This document shows, piece after piece, positions 10,415-24,547 of a stretch of 64,000 nt of DNA; within the stretch, counting starts at the first letter, position 1, and every line of letters begins with the position of its first letter. The stretch comes from Stylophora pistillata. Lineage: Eukaryota. A program made the translations under genes and the position numbers. Where the stretch lies: assembly GCF_002571385.2 (NCBI RefSeq), contig NW_019217952.1, positions 29,392 to 93,391 of the forward strand. Reading direction: 5' to 3'. The notes under the pieces are model-generated. The model was not told where the DNA came from, searched no databases, and saw only the letters and a program-made list of their open reading frames with translations.

Positions 10415-13400
10415 CTACTGGGTATCCAAGCCCCCTGGGAGAGGTGCAGTGGAAAGGTGTTCAAACCCCGGAGGGGGTTCAGAAATGTTTGTGGATCGCA
10501 CGCATTCTCCTTCATCGGTCTTCAAATTCTCAAAACCTGGGGGTGGTTTGCAAACTTTGTCTTTGTTGTTTGTCCGTTTTCGTTTGTGGCTTGGATTTTC
10601 CTTGACTGGCTTGTGAAGGCTTTTTTTCTCGGGTATAGCCTTGCTGCTTTCCGATGGTGCAGCGTCTTCAGATAGTTTCCCAACCTCTTCTCCACAAGAG
10701 GTCCTATCTGTATCCGCAACCCTTCCACCCTCCGTAGTTCCGTGGGTACTGGCAGTGGAAGACCTGCCTCTATTAACCTTTCCTTTTCCTCGCCTGACAG
10801 ACCTTGAATTTTCTCCACGGAAATTCTGTGAGGAGCCAATATTTCTGCTCTTGTCACTGACGTCCGTTACAGCACTCTCCAGATTGTCTACTGGGGGGTT
10901 TATCTCCGTTTCGAGTCGGGTTTGAGAACTCTCTGATTTATCTTCGCTCCAAAGAGCGAAATCCCCCTCTAGATTTTCAGATGGTTTTACAGATTCTTTT
11001 TTGTTTAGCCTCTGTCCGGCAGTGTTAGGTCTATTATTAGTTGATTGGCGTTTTTTCTCGTTTCTTTTTCTGTCGTAATAGTCAGATTTACCTTCGCCCA
11101 ATCGATTTCTAGTTTTTCGGTCGGAGCGCTGACGAGTCCGAGTGGGTCCTGAGTGCTTCAAGAACTCTTTTTTATCTTCTGATCTGTCTTTACAGATAAC
11201 GTTATCTAATTGGCTGGTTTCTCTAGCTACGCCTCCCCGCTCGGGAGAATTGGTTTGAGTGAATTCCGCTGAGGAGGTATTTACTTTGTCTGCGGTCTCG
11301 GGCCCTGCACAAGGCTCGTTTTCATGTACTGCCTCCTCCTGACGAACCTGCCGACCAAGAGCAATGATAAGCATGAATAACAAGGTTCTTGGAAAAGGAG
11401 ACATTTCAAGAAATCTTCCCGTAAAGATCTCGATACTCTAAAAGAAAAATTAGCAAGCAGTATTGCTAAATAACCGTGTTACCTCAAAGGCAACCACCAC
11501 GCTCGACCAATTTAGGGTCATTGATTAGTCTTCATTTAAGCCGCAGATCAGAAATCATCTTATCAGAAAGAGACATAACACATTCAGCACAAGACAAAAA
11601 TCGTTCAAATACTTTTCATGCCGACGTAATCTTTGAAGCCTTAGTAAATAAGGTTGATGATGTCAATGCTGATGAAAAAGGCGATAGTTATGACAATGAC
11701 AACAATTAGAACAGTTTTCAGTTAAGCATCGAAAGCGATCCTGGATTGTTTTGGTTTCGTTCGGATTAGTCGTTGTGATTACTGGGTTGGGGGTTTTCAA
11801 CACTCATCTGAAAACTGCTCTACGATAATAATGACGGCTAAAACCGATGGGGGAAAAGAGTGGTGCGAACTGAGTCCACTTGTCCACTGTGGCAATTGCA
11901 ATACATACCGACGTTATATCGATCAAATATCTGTTTCTTTCTTTATCCAAGTCAATCACTCCTCCTTTTCTCTTCTGTTTTTCATAAAGGGAGGTCATTT
12001 CTTTCTGGAGTTTCTTAATTTCTTCACTGGGTTTGTAAACAAACTAAAAAAAAAATAAACTTTAAGAAAGCTTCGTATCATCTATCTTTTCACTGGTTAT
12101 GTTATCGGGGAGGAAAGTGTTTGGAGATTTGTCATTCCAGTTATCTCTTGACTGAGGGGGAATCAGTTTAAAAAAGGCACAACAAAACTACCTTCTGCAG
12201 AAAATGGTTTGAACCTGGGGGTAAATAAGAGAAAGCGTAGAGCGATCGTCCGGACGATTGCTGTACACTTTCAAAAAACTACCTTAGCATGTGAAACATG
12301 AAAAGAAAGATAGAATTGGTCAAAGGGATCTAATCTTATCACTGAATCACTCAGAACGACAAAGGTGTTTACAGTTCTATAACTGAATTATGAAAATCAA
12401 ATGGAATTGCTACATTAAATAAGGATACATGAATTTGGAGATAAAAAGTTGGACAAAATACAATCTACAGTTTGATGACCAATGATATGACAGAGTAATT
12501 GGTTACTGTCAACAAACCTCCTCATCCACGTTATCAGAAGCAAAAGCCTCCAGTTCATCAAGGTTGAAAGCAATCTCCATGCGGCACATAGGACATTCTA
12601 CCTACATATTTGACAATACATTTACCAATTTGTTGTTTACCTGACTAGTGTAACAATGAGCAATAATTGGAAGAGGATGAGCCTGATATCATGAATTATC
12701 AATACCAAGGTCTGAGTTATCTACTGAGGCAAAAGGCTAAGGCTGATAACACACTCAGATATTTATTTGTCTTTGCAAACATGGTCTCTAAGAGGATACA
12801 GAACATTGACCTGTTCTGCTGCAGTGTACTCTTAATTAAAATATTATTGACACACACTTGTGGGATATTTTGTCACCTATAAGGCCCGCTAGTACTTTGA
12901 GTACTTGTGGCCACATACGTAACTGGAGAGTTGTTAAGTTTTTGCTTGTGTTAAGTCATTGGAAAACTTTGGACAGCACCACTTGGAGTAACAAATGAGC
13001 TAAGTTTCTTTCACATGAATTATCCCAAATGCTGTATTAAATAATTTGTGAGATACACAACAATCACCTTGAATACTTAGATTATTTGCTACCTTTCTAT
13101 AACATCAAGAAATGGTTAGATATTCTAGTCTTCTCGGATAGGGACGAATAAATGGAGGTCCCGTCTCCTGCAGGGTTGGGGTAGGAGACGTTAATTTCCC
13201 ACACACGAGATTACTGTGTGATGGATGTCCTCCCCTGGGGTGGGATGGGTGGGATATAGGGCGCACTTAATTTGGAGCCTCGCTCTGTTGTGCGACCCTC
13301 ACCACACTCTGGTGAAAGTGATTAAATAAATAAATTTTCCTTCCGTAAGTTGCTACAAGTTATTACTTTAAGTTGCTTCAAGCACAAGCTAACGGGTCTG

Positions 13401-16115
13401 CTCATTGTATGCAAATTGCCCAAAAAAATGGACCCTCCATGGCCTGAGCTCCAGTAAGTGAACACCACCTATAAGCAACCACCTGGACTTGACATTTTGG
13501 GTGCTGGCTTACGGGAGGTTCAACTGTATTTAAAAATATAATAATTTGATAAACTCACCTTTGTGTCATCTTCAGTTTCCTTTTCTAGTTGGAGAGAAAA
13601 TTTGATGTATCTTGCTAAACAGCCACTGTGAAAGTAATGGTAACACTCTGTCTTTGTAAATTCATGTGTATCCTGTATACATTGAGGAAGGAAAATAAAA
13701 ATGTTAAAAGTGTTGTCACTGTGATCAAACTTCAGTATGAAAGCTACCTTAAAAGTGACAAAGACCAGGAGAGTCTTCAACACTGACCAAAACAGACAGA
13801 TGGAAAATAACAGAGATTTTACACACACACTCCATACTCTTGCATCTGCTGAAATTCTGCTTGAGTTTCAGCTTAGTGATTAAATAAAGTTGTCCAACGT
13901 GATATTGGATGAATGTAAACATTGTTAGCAGAGCAAAATTGGATGGGGCTTTTTATGTTATTTCAACCATTTTAATGCAACAAACAAAAAAATGGCATTT
14001 TTGAGTGCTAAAGTAGATTGTCTTATCTAGAGAACACTTAAATTGTTCTATTTGGTGACCAGGACTTAGGGAATTCTTTTTTACATATTTCCAAGCTGGG
14101 GTTGGGGAAGTAGCTTTACTTCCTTCCTCTAATAAATGATTTATGAATAACCTTTGACATCACAATTGGAACCAAAGATTTATGGACAACTGTTAATTAA
14201 GGTTTCAGTTTTACAAATATATTCCCCTAAACTCACCTGAAAATGGCAGAGACAAATGGCACAAGCACAGCTAGGCATGTTATTGTCCGTTAAACTGTCC
14301 TTAGCATACTACAAAAGAGTTCATGCACAGAAAACTGTTACTTCTCTCTACTTCATGGTGATGACCAAAGTAATTTGTACTTTGTATCAACCACTTCACT
14401 AAAACCTAAGCCAAATGACCATTTCAGTTGAATTTACCTCAATAAGTTCATACAACATAGGTCTTCCAAGACAACCCTCTGCAAGTTCCCTAAGGTTGGC
14501 CAAAATGCTACAAAATGCACAAAGTAACACATTAGAGTCATTCAATTTTAAAGTAAGAAGTGTGGAATTCACTTACCTACTATGCTACCTTCCAAGTTAA
14601 AGACTTGGACAAACACTTGTTCAAGTATATGAATTTAACCTGTTTTCCATCCACGCTTCCAGAAATTGGCATAAAATTAACATGTACTCTCAATTCACAA
14701 AAATATTCATACATTTGTGTATTTAGGGTTCCAAAAATGAAAAAAGGGCTTCTTTGATTATCAAAAGGAATTGGTCATCAAATGCTCTTGTATCATGCCT
14801 CAAAGGAACTTGAACTAATGATCATTGATTGTCAGCATGCCCTACATTTCTTATAAAGTTTAAGAGCTAAACAACAATTAAATTTTGCTACCTATCAACA
14901 TGGGCTTCAGATAATCCTCTAGGTGTCTTGATGTGAATGGAAGGTAATTCACATAGATACTGCAAAACATGAAAAGAAATGTCACAGCAAGGTTGACATA
15001 AAATTGACTTTTGGATACAACAATTACAGCAAAGAATGTATACGAGGTAAAATAAGAGATAAAATATGTTTGTATAAGAGGTAAAATAAGCAAGAATAAA
15101 TAAAGGGAAATTTTGAGGTTTGTAAGGTGGAACGGAAAACTTTACCACAGTTTCAAACTATGGAAAATACAAAGATTTGGGTAAAAAAAAAAGAAAAAAA
15201 AAAGAAAATGGGAGGGTATACCATAACCCTCCTGTAAAAATCTGCAAGATAAAACTTGACTGAGTCAGTAAGTGATATTCTACACTATAAAGTTACATAC
15301 CTTTTTGGGAAGGTGAATAAGTAATGTTAGACATACAAAACGCTTGTCCTCTTCATCTCCTGTGCTTGGATGAAGCAAAACACTAACAGCTGTGGGTCTG
15401 AAACAGGGACAACCAACTGAAATAGTATTTTGGACAATTCTTGGCTTTTAGGGTAGAGAAACCAGTCTTCGCTTTACGCTCCACATCATGATAGTATTCA
15501 TGAGTAAGAGTGCTTGAGAAGAAAAACTAATGGACAACAGGATAATATAATATTTATTACTTCTATTGCGCCTACAGCTACAGTATGAGCAAACTAATAA
15601 GGAAAAAGTTAAAAGGAAAATCACTGACCGTTACATTTGATGTTAAGTATTACGAGGCAGGCTTGGTAGACTTGTTTGGAAAAATAATAACACACAAAGA
15701 TACAACCATGCTCAGTGCGCGCTATTACCAGTATCTAGTAAATAAGAAGAATGCAGGTGTGCCATGCCCCCTTCAGAACTGTGATACTACGCGTATCGTA
15801 CAGTTATGTTGAGTTTATAGTACTCTCTAACCCTATGCACAGACACAAGTAGCGAAAACTACCTTCTGCTTCCGTAACTATCTATAATTCATCTGCTGCT
15901 TACCTCTCCTTTTCTCTTTCCACTGTTAACTCGTGAATGTAAATAGCTGATAATAATTCAATCTCTTCTTCAAGAGAATAGCTGTAAATTTATGGAACAG
16001 ACTTTAGGCTAATATAAACCATATATAAGGTAAAGGCAGTTATTAAACAGATAAACATATTTTAAACTAGAAATGTCTTCACGTACATTCCATCTCCATC
16101 CTCATCGGCAGCCAT
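10415..16115 (-). CDS. RNF25: E3 ubiquitin ligase RNF25 (RWD + RING-H2 + long disordered tail), about 559 aa, 10 exons
   Basis: Exons 16115-16087, 15981-15904, 15397-15301, 14959-14892, 14507-14438, 14308-14237, 13672-13559, 12601-12518, 12043-11909, 11347-10415. RWD: EEIELLSAIY, LHPSTG, PRGLS, GRPMLYELIE. RING-H2: LTDNNMP..CAICL..FTKTECYHYFHSGCLARY..CPMCR. RNF25-type segment QKRKGGVIDLDKERNRYLI. Confidence 0.93.
13110..13335 (+). mobile_element. 5'-truncated SINE, possibly with a Deu-type core, in an RNF25 intron
   Basis: gtcttctcggatagggacgaataaatggaggtcccgtctc resembles the Deu SINE core from memory; ends in a (TAAA)n tail. Confidence 0.5.
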
Positions 16116-17925
16116 GTTGCATCACCAGTGTGTTTTCGTACATGATGGGCTACATGACGAACCACCTAATGGTCTCTATATGTGCGGGCTCAGAATTCCC
16201 ACGAGGGAAGGGCACTGATGAGATCCACTGAGGAAAGTTTTCAAAGTTCAAAAATGTGAGTTTAATTTCGTTTCCTTCTCTTTATCCTTGGTTCTTCCCT
16301 TTCTCTCTTCACTGTTTGCCTTGCCTTTCCCTTTCCTTCTTTTGTTCGCATGAATTTTCTACCATATCGCTTTCGTCTTTTGAGAGAGATTCAAAAATTA
16401 GCCCGTACACCAATCTAACCGCAATAGCTAAGAACGAGACAGCATCTGGCATAAATTGACTATGCATTATTTTCACTAAGCATATGAGCATTAAACAGCC
16501 ACAACTTCTGTGCTTTAAAATGTTGAGACTTTTCGATCTTGAAATTGATGAACCTTTACGGGATAAAAACTGTACCTGCGACATGACACGCTACGTTCGC
16601 GTTTTAATGATGGTACTGGTGTTTCGACTAAAATCCAGAGTGCAATAACTGAAGTGGACACAATGCCAAAAGATAATCATCTCTAAACGTATGGAAAGTC
16701 TTTACATCCAGTCCCAGGGGCTTACCTAGGATTTTTCCAAGGGTACACATAATTTTCCAAAGTCCCCACCCTCGACCCCCCAGTCCCAAATCTTTTCCAG
16801 GTGATTTCATGGATTGAAGGCGAGTTTACGCTGTAAGCCTAGCGTTTTTACTGTACATAAAAAAAAGCTCTAATTGGCAGAACAATAGCTCAGCACGTGC
16901 GTTTTAAAACTTCGCATATTTCTTAGCCGACCTTTGCAAAACAACAACTTGAAATCACGAAAATTTTCGTCGTCTGCGAACGGAAACCGCGACGGCAAAT
17001 TATTTTAATTTCCATTTTGGGACTACGTTGACACGTTATGCTGAAGTTGAGGCGTGGCGCCGTATGAGACGGTAAACACATGCAGCCACTTTCGAAACTC
17101 TAATTAAAAGTAGAAACTCATTTTTCAATCGATATTTTCCTTGGCTTTGCCGTCCTGCCGGATTGCGTTGCCGAGGTGTAGTTCACTATTTCCACAAAGC
17201 TCATTATGGGATACAAGCTATGAACACCGCAGTCGGTGGCATGATTAATTATGAAGTACAGAATTTTCTTTCTTCGATTTTTTTTTTTTTTTGGATCGTT
17301 TAGATGATAACCATATCTCAGGAACAGCTACACAGTTTTGGCTTTTTCAGTGTTTGGTAGAGCTCGGTTCCTTTTTTTTGTGTGTATCTTTGAAAGTGTG
17401 TGTCGGAAAGACAGAAAAATCTTGTGATTAGAGGAATATTAACAGGTTCATTGCAGAGCAGATAAGCCAGTGATTAAGCAATCAATTCTGAAGTTGTTCT
17501 TGGGGGAAAACCGCAGGTGTCCGTTGTAATGCAAATCAAAATTCCAAAGTAATTATGCAGACTGTGCGGTTTGCAGAGTCGGGAATGTTTTATGACGGCG
17601 CAGAAGCTGCGAAAGTTTTAACGAACCCTCGGGTCGACTCAGCTTCAACTTTTGAGACTCTCAGAGGAAATTCAAAGAATGCTTCATTTTTAAAACTGAT
17701 CAAATATGCTCCAATGACATAGTTGATTAACTGACGGAATTATTTGTCAATAAACAGGTACTAGTTGACTTGAGTAGGGATTACGCCAAGTAATAATTTG
17801 GCATTATTCATTAATCTACCAGTTATACACAAATTATCGGCGAGTTTGAGACAGCTGCAGTGTTGAACGGGAGACTCCACAAAACTACTCAATTTTCTCT
17901 TAGCGCCTTTGGCCGCAACACAGAA

Positions 17926-19182
17926 ATGAGTGAGACCGACAATGCCATAAAATTTGAGCCAAAATCGCTGTTGATCAAAATAGTCATCTGTATTCTCGTC
18001 TTGCTGGTTGGAGCCGCAGTTTTCATGGAATTAGAGCGAACAAAAGGGGACCAAACTTCGGAAAAATCCGAAGCGACGAAACTAAAGGAGAGCTTAGCAG
18101 AAAAATACAATATAAGTGAAACAGATTTGAAACGACTAGAGACTGCCATCGGGCAGGAGGTGGCCGAGAAGGAAGACAGAGAAGGGCCAAGTCGCTGGAC
18201 TTACAGCAACTCAGTGTTCTTTGCATTTACAATTATGACAACGATTGGTGAGTGCATATTGTCAGGGTTAGAAAATGACTCTACATGTAAGACTACCAGA
18301 TAAGTTACAATTCATTGAAAGCGATTGTTTAAGCGTTGCAATCGATAAAGATTATCTATAAGACTTAATTGATCTAGATTTATCTCAGTGTTTAGTTTCA
18401 CATTTCAAATGATATGAATAAAAATACAAGTATCTTTTGTCAACAGAGAGGTGTTTAAAATGCTACCCGTATAACGGGCTGAATAATACTGTCAAACTTC
18501 GGAGCTCATTAATCATCGTTCTTCTTTTGCCTGTTGGTAATAGTCCCTATCGAAAACGATGACAATAGTTTTATCGTTCTTTCTTTCAGGCTACGGTCAC
18601 ATGTCCCCACAAACATGGCAGGGTCAGTTATTCTGTATCTTCTACAGCCTCATAGCCATTCCAGTCGCTGGCATCATGTTACTCAGCGTTGGAAACCACG
18701 TAAGCTTGGCCATCCGGGTCTTCATCCGCTTTCTGGAGAGAACTTGCCTCAGTAGCGTGAAATCAGGGCGTGCAGAATTGAAAAGCTTCCTTGTCACTTT
18801 CCTGCTCATGGTACTGATGATCATTTTTGGCGCCATTCTGACGTCACATACCGATGGCTGGACTTTCATCGAAGGATGTTATTTCACATTTATCAGTGTG
18901 TCTACCATCGGGTTTGGGGATTATGTTGTCAATGACGGTGAGCTCAAATCTACAAACCATGCTAAGACGTTTGCTGTTAATTTTACGATTGTGTTGATTA
19001 CCCTGGGACTGTGCGTTGTTTCGAGTGTCCTTTGCTCGGTCAGTGCTATTATTGAAGAGAGGCAGAAGCGAATGCGAATCCAGTTGCCTGATTCTGCAAC
19101 CAATGCATTGAACGCCGCTAACCTAGCCTTGAATACAGTCACAAGTAATCTTCCGTTGAGGCTATCTACCAAGACTAAATAA
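17926..19182 (+). CDS. Two-pore-domain (K2P/KCNK family) potassium channel, about 304 aa, 2 exons
   Basis: Exons 17926-18247 and 18590-19182 join across the filter to give TTIG|YG. M1 VGAAVFMELE; P1 WTYSNSVFFAFTIMTTIGYG; P2 WTFIEGCYFTFISVSTIGFGD; four TM segments. Confidence 0.95.
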
Positions 19183-22100
19183 GCGGTTGATGCTACTGTT
19201 GTTGAAAAAAGGAACGGAGAAATATAAGTTCATATAAGTCATAAGCTATTTGCTCCTTTCAAGTCACCAACTTTAGTGAATGCATGAGAATACAAAGGCG
19301 ATGCAGAAAAGTTTATCTGGCGCAGAATTACTTGTTTTCATACTATCAAAATATGAAGGTTTCCTGCTCGAATGACGGCTATTCTCCAGCAGTTTGTCTC
19401 AAAATGTATTCACTGAGTTAACTAGTCAGTAAAATTCTCTGTGCTGCCGAAACTAGAGCAAATGGCAACTTTGCCTTGAACATAAAATGAAGAGCAGAAA
19501 AATATCAGAATGACAATAGAAAGGAAAGGGACTGGAAGAAGAGGAAGTTTAGAAGAAATGGAGATAAAGTTAGGTTCGTTTGCAGCGCCATTAAATCGCT
19601 ACGTTAAGTTAATCATTATTAAATCTTATTAATTAAAGCTTGTCCCTGAACATTAACTTTCTCGCCTAAGCCGTGTTGCCCTTTAGTTCATGGTGTACCT
19701 CAATTTCACCGGCTCCTGATCGGACCTCCCGTGGTTTGTGTAGTTCAGTTTGCCGTTCCTGTGGTTCTTAAAGTTTCCGTGGTTGTTATCCTATAGTTCC
19801 CAATTACCTCACAGTTGCAGTTGGTGGGCTTGGATCGTCGTGCGTTTTTAGCAACCTCTAAATATTCTCACTTTTGTATGAGTATTGTACCCTCTCTAAG
19901 CAAAGTCGTAGTTCAAGCGAATCGTACAGTCTACTTTTTATTGTCTTTTGCTAAAGTTCATGCAGTTAAAGGTACCATATGAGAGATACCTCGATATCAG
20001 AAAACGTAAGCCACACTGAGTAAAACGAATACTTTGTAGAAAAACGTAGTTACCGCAAGAATATTAATAAATGCCAAAAGAAAATGAGGACCTTTAGAAA
20101 CTTCAACAAAGAAGACAAAAGACCTGTTTGCGTGATCATATTAAAAGGCTGCTTAATTTACTAGACAAGTAGATTCAAAAAAATTTCATTCTCTTTGCAA
20201 TACATTTATCTCAAACAAGTTTTATGTTCGTGACAGATGATCAAACCACCAATATGATCCGGCGTTCTTTCATCGTTCCTCACAAACAATATAGCGTAGG
20301 TAAGGTCTCGTGAGAACCATCCTTTGTACGATTGTATGTATCTGAATGGTTGTCGTGAGACATCCGCTTTTAAAAAGGCCGAGACTGTCGTCTTTTGTAC
20401 ACAAAAGCAAAGTTATCGACTCCATTGTACATGAAATTTGTTCGCAAAATAAATTTTTGATACAGCTATAGCTCTCTCGTTTTTGTCGGTATCAACAGTA
20501 TTGTTTATCTTTAAGGACTCTGAAAAATGTAACCCTAAAGCAATACGCAGTGTGACATTCCAAAAACAAACAAACTGATTGCTAATCTTTCACTGTTGAG
20601 CGTTTTATACTCCACATCACGAACGAAGAGTAATAAATAACTGATGACAATGATCGAGTTAGAATAATGCGGCGCGTCTCTCGTGAACACAGACACATCT
20701 TTGTCATTAATTACCCTTCCATTCACAAGTCATACATTCGCTCTACATTACGTACGAGTCTCCCAATACAATGGCATAGAATTGAACACAATATAACTCG
20801 AACTCCTTTCCACATCCTTCGTGTTATAGAAACACATTATTCTGTTCTGCAATTTTAAGACACAAGAAAAACACTGATTTGTGAACTTTTCTCTGTCATG
20901 TATTTGTTACTAATCTAAGATCAGAAATTAAGAAATAAAAATAAGCATTTGACTCGTTGGTCTATTTAAGGTGCGTGACGTGTGTAAATAAGTGTGAAAC
21001 CAATATAAGAGGACACACAAAAAAAGAATTTCTTTTCATTGAGACGGTGGGGTAAGTCCATTGACAAACTCATTTAGAGTTGTTAAACATTATTGATTCA
21101 TTCATAGATTTTATCCTAGATTGAAAAGGGAACAATTAGCAGTAGTCACGAAGCTAGAGACTGTCAATAAAGACATACCTCAAGCGCCGAAAAAGGAATT
21201 TACCGAATTGGTTGAAAGCAGTGATGCAGCAACGAGTCGAACAAAGAATGTAGTGGTTTTGCATAGATAATTGATTTAGGAGTTCGTGATGAAAAGAGTG
21301 ACAGGGAAGTCAAACTGACACATACCTCAAGGAAGTCTTACTTCAAATCAAAGGTTTAGATTTTAAGTTTTACGAATAATTAACGTAGCAGGGTGGATAT
21401 AATCGAGATACAATTTGCTGAAAAGATCCTCAAAAGAATCCGGCACAGATCAACGTGACTTAGGTAAGCTCTCTTTCCTATTTCCGACCAAACTTGATTT
21501 GTACCTACTGTATGTTTAAACGCCTTTAAATGAGGCAAAAAGTCCGATAACTGCAGAAGACTTGAACATAAACAAGAACGACTGAAATTTTCTAAAATCT
21601 GCTCAACTTTTTCAGCGAATCGGATAAACGGTTTCCTACGGTTTAGTTTGATATTAAGTCAACAGCATGAAGCAACGAGTTATACTCGCGAACTTGTCCG
21701 AAGAGTTAGCACTCTGTGCTGGTCTGACATAGACAATGAAGACTTTTGAAACTATGAAGTAGAAACTATAGGAATAACAAAAGCGTCTGTATCCTGGGGT
21801 TCGACTTAAAAAGGAAGGACTGTGCGTTATGACTAGGAATGAACTAAAGGACACCACTGACATGAAATAACGAATTTACTTCTCCTAATTTATACAAAAA
21901 AAGCCGTTAAAACTCATCACCATCTCAGAAAAATCATGCCCGCACTACATGAATAAACGGTGCAAACAAAAAAAAAACCAAATATCGCAAACGTCACAAC
22001 AAAACACAGGAATTACGTAACGATAGCCGAAAAGCCTCACGTGTGGACTAGATGACTGCGTTCAACGTGGACTTTAATCAGTCTAAGCAGGGGTCTTAAT

Positions 22101-24039
22101 AAATTTTTCCATGTGCAGCTGTGCCCGGAAAAGGAGCCAAAGAGGCCCTTACGTCAAGGGAGGCTGAGGGTATCTCTTACAGTTTAAAATTTTGAAATCT
22201 TGAAAGTCGGAAAAATAATTTACAGCATCAAAAAGAGTGCTATCTACAAACACTTTTTATGACACCCCTGAAATTTGCCAGTCATTCCTGACTGGGCAGA
22301 ATACAAGTAATTCGTTTGCGGATAAACGCAGGAATTTCGAAAATCAATCGCTAACGGAGAGACTCTCCTTTCAAGACCACATTGCCGGATCGTAGCACAT
22401 TCGTGCAAAAGCCAACGTGAAACTCAAGCACGAGAGCCTGTTCCCTTGCCAAAAAGACGGCGGCAAGAAGTCCTATAGGCGGAGGTAGACCGCCGGAGAC
22501 GGGCTTTTATTGAAACTTCTGCGTTGATGGTTGTTTTCATGAACAGTATTATGGACAGTTCCAAAATAATATCGTAGAAATGGAATCAATCAATCAAATT
22601 TGTATTCAACCTTCTCATACAGCCACTTAAATTCTTTAGACCTCACAGCAAATTAGTGCAATACATGCGACAAAAACCAAAATGGCTTCTAACTCTGTAA
22701 CCGAAAAAAAAAATGGCCATAGAAATTAAAAGAAAAAGGAGAAAGGAGAAAACAAGTTTTGAAAAACGTTAGTTTGTACAAAATAGATCAATTAGAGTCA
22801 ATCAGAGAAAAATGATAGTTAACTCGAAGTTTGTGTTTTTGTATCGACTACGAAACTGCAATATTTCCTTCACTAATTCATTGTAACGGGAAAGGCATGA
22901 CTTGTATAGTATTGTATAACTTTAAGGGAAATATCAATTGTAAAGTTTCTGAAAGGCCCTGAGGACATAGGTGTTGCCGTCTTTGACGCACTATTATAAC
23001 ACTCTGATAACAACTGACGTCGTTAAAATTACTCGGGCAAAACTTTAATTCATCTAGGCTAGATTTAGTAGCACCCCCGGTCACAAGCCTTACGAACGAT
23101 AGAATACAGGACGGCTTTAGTGAGACCAACAGAGTTCACATTGATACAGACTTTCGGATATTCGGTTTGGCCTCCATTAATGCAAATGGTTAACAAAATA
23201 TTGTGACAGTCAAGAAGAATACCGCTATTATGTTGAAATCATAATTCAAATCTTGCTCCTCCAGAAATCAATAGATATGGGGCTGGTAACACTTTTGATT
23301 GGCAAAACACGCTCATCAAACAGTGATTGGTTTGGAATATCTTTTGTCTCATGGACAAGCAAACCCCCGGCTCTGATCATAGATAATTTTCTGCTCATCT
23401 TTGTTTTTTTTGTTACCTCCATTTTTAAGCATCGAGGTTAAAAACCCTTTAGTGTAACTGAATGATCTCTTACGCCACCAATCCGCCATTGTTCTTTCAC
23501 TCGATTTGCCGGCTCTCTCCACCCTTATCTTACGAAGACAACTTTAATGCGTCTGGAGAGTACCAAATTTCGGCTTTACATTGTCAATTTTATGCCTGTA
23601 CAGCTCAAATGACGTTGATCCCTGAGGTGATTCAATGCATTGGAAACGATCAGCGAAGCATGCAAACACCTACGTAAACTTGGAGTCAGGCTTGTACTCA
23701 TGTATATTCATACGTCTCTATCACAGTTTAGCAATTCCTGGTGTATTAGAGACATCGATTCTATGCAAACCTTCCAAATATCAAACCAAAGACTGTCCAA
23801 ACTGCGATACATTTAGTCTTCACCGAAAAACATTCGCGCCTTAGTCATTCCTTACTCCGCGCGGCCCAAACGTCATAAGTGGCCGGTCAAGTATTTTGAG
23901 AGACATTTCCTGTTTTGATTTGACAGTCTCAGGGAGGTTATGCAACAAACCATGACAACTCGCCTTCGCACTCCACCCACACACGCGTCATCACATTAGG
24001 CCAAAGAATTCTTGTCTATTTCAAACCCTTCTGTTCAAG

Positions 24040-24058
24040 ATATATATATATATATATA
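24040..24058. repeat. (AT)n microsatellite
   Basis: atatatatatatatatata. Confidence 0.9.
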
Positions 24059-24314
24059 CTGAAGCACTTGAAGTTTTACAAAGAGCCAATTCAATTTACC
24101 AATGCTATAATCACATTCTGGATAAACGCTCTGAAGGCGATTTGAGGTAGGGATGAATTGGATAATGTATTGATTAGAATTGCATACTTTTAAAGACGTA
24201 TTGTAGATGGCTTTAGTTTTCCCGCCAACTGAAGAAAACGTGAAATTCCGACGAGCTACTGTTATAAACAGGCAAAGTTCCTGCGAAAAAATAGAAAATA
24301 CCGAATTAGGAAGT

Positions 24315-24547
24315 ACGAATTAGGAAGGCACCTTTCAAGCAAGGCCTCTCCAAAAATAACAGCTGGACCGAACATTTTGCATCTGTTTGTTAATCAAATT
24401 TTGTTTTCAAATTGATTTATCCTTAAGAAAAATACTTAAGGATAAATCAATTTGAAAACAAAATTTGATTAACAAACAGATGCAAAATGTTCGGTCCAGC
24501 TGTTATTTTTGGAGAGGCCTTGCTTGAAAGGTGCCTTCCTAATTCGT
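24315..24547. repeat. Perfect inverted repeat: 113-bp arms and a 7-nt loop
   Basis: 24315-24427 is the exact reverse complement of 24435-24547; loop aaaaata. Confidence 0.95.

Noticed and set aside
10415-11404. 329-aa ORF with an apparent signal peptide as a standalone secreted protein
   Set aside because: The hydrophobic start is translated intron; an acceptor at 11348 makes it the last exon of RNF25
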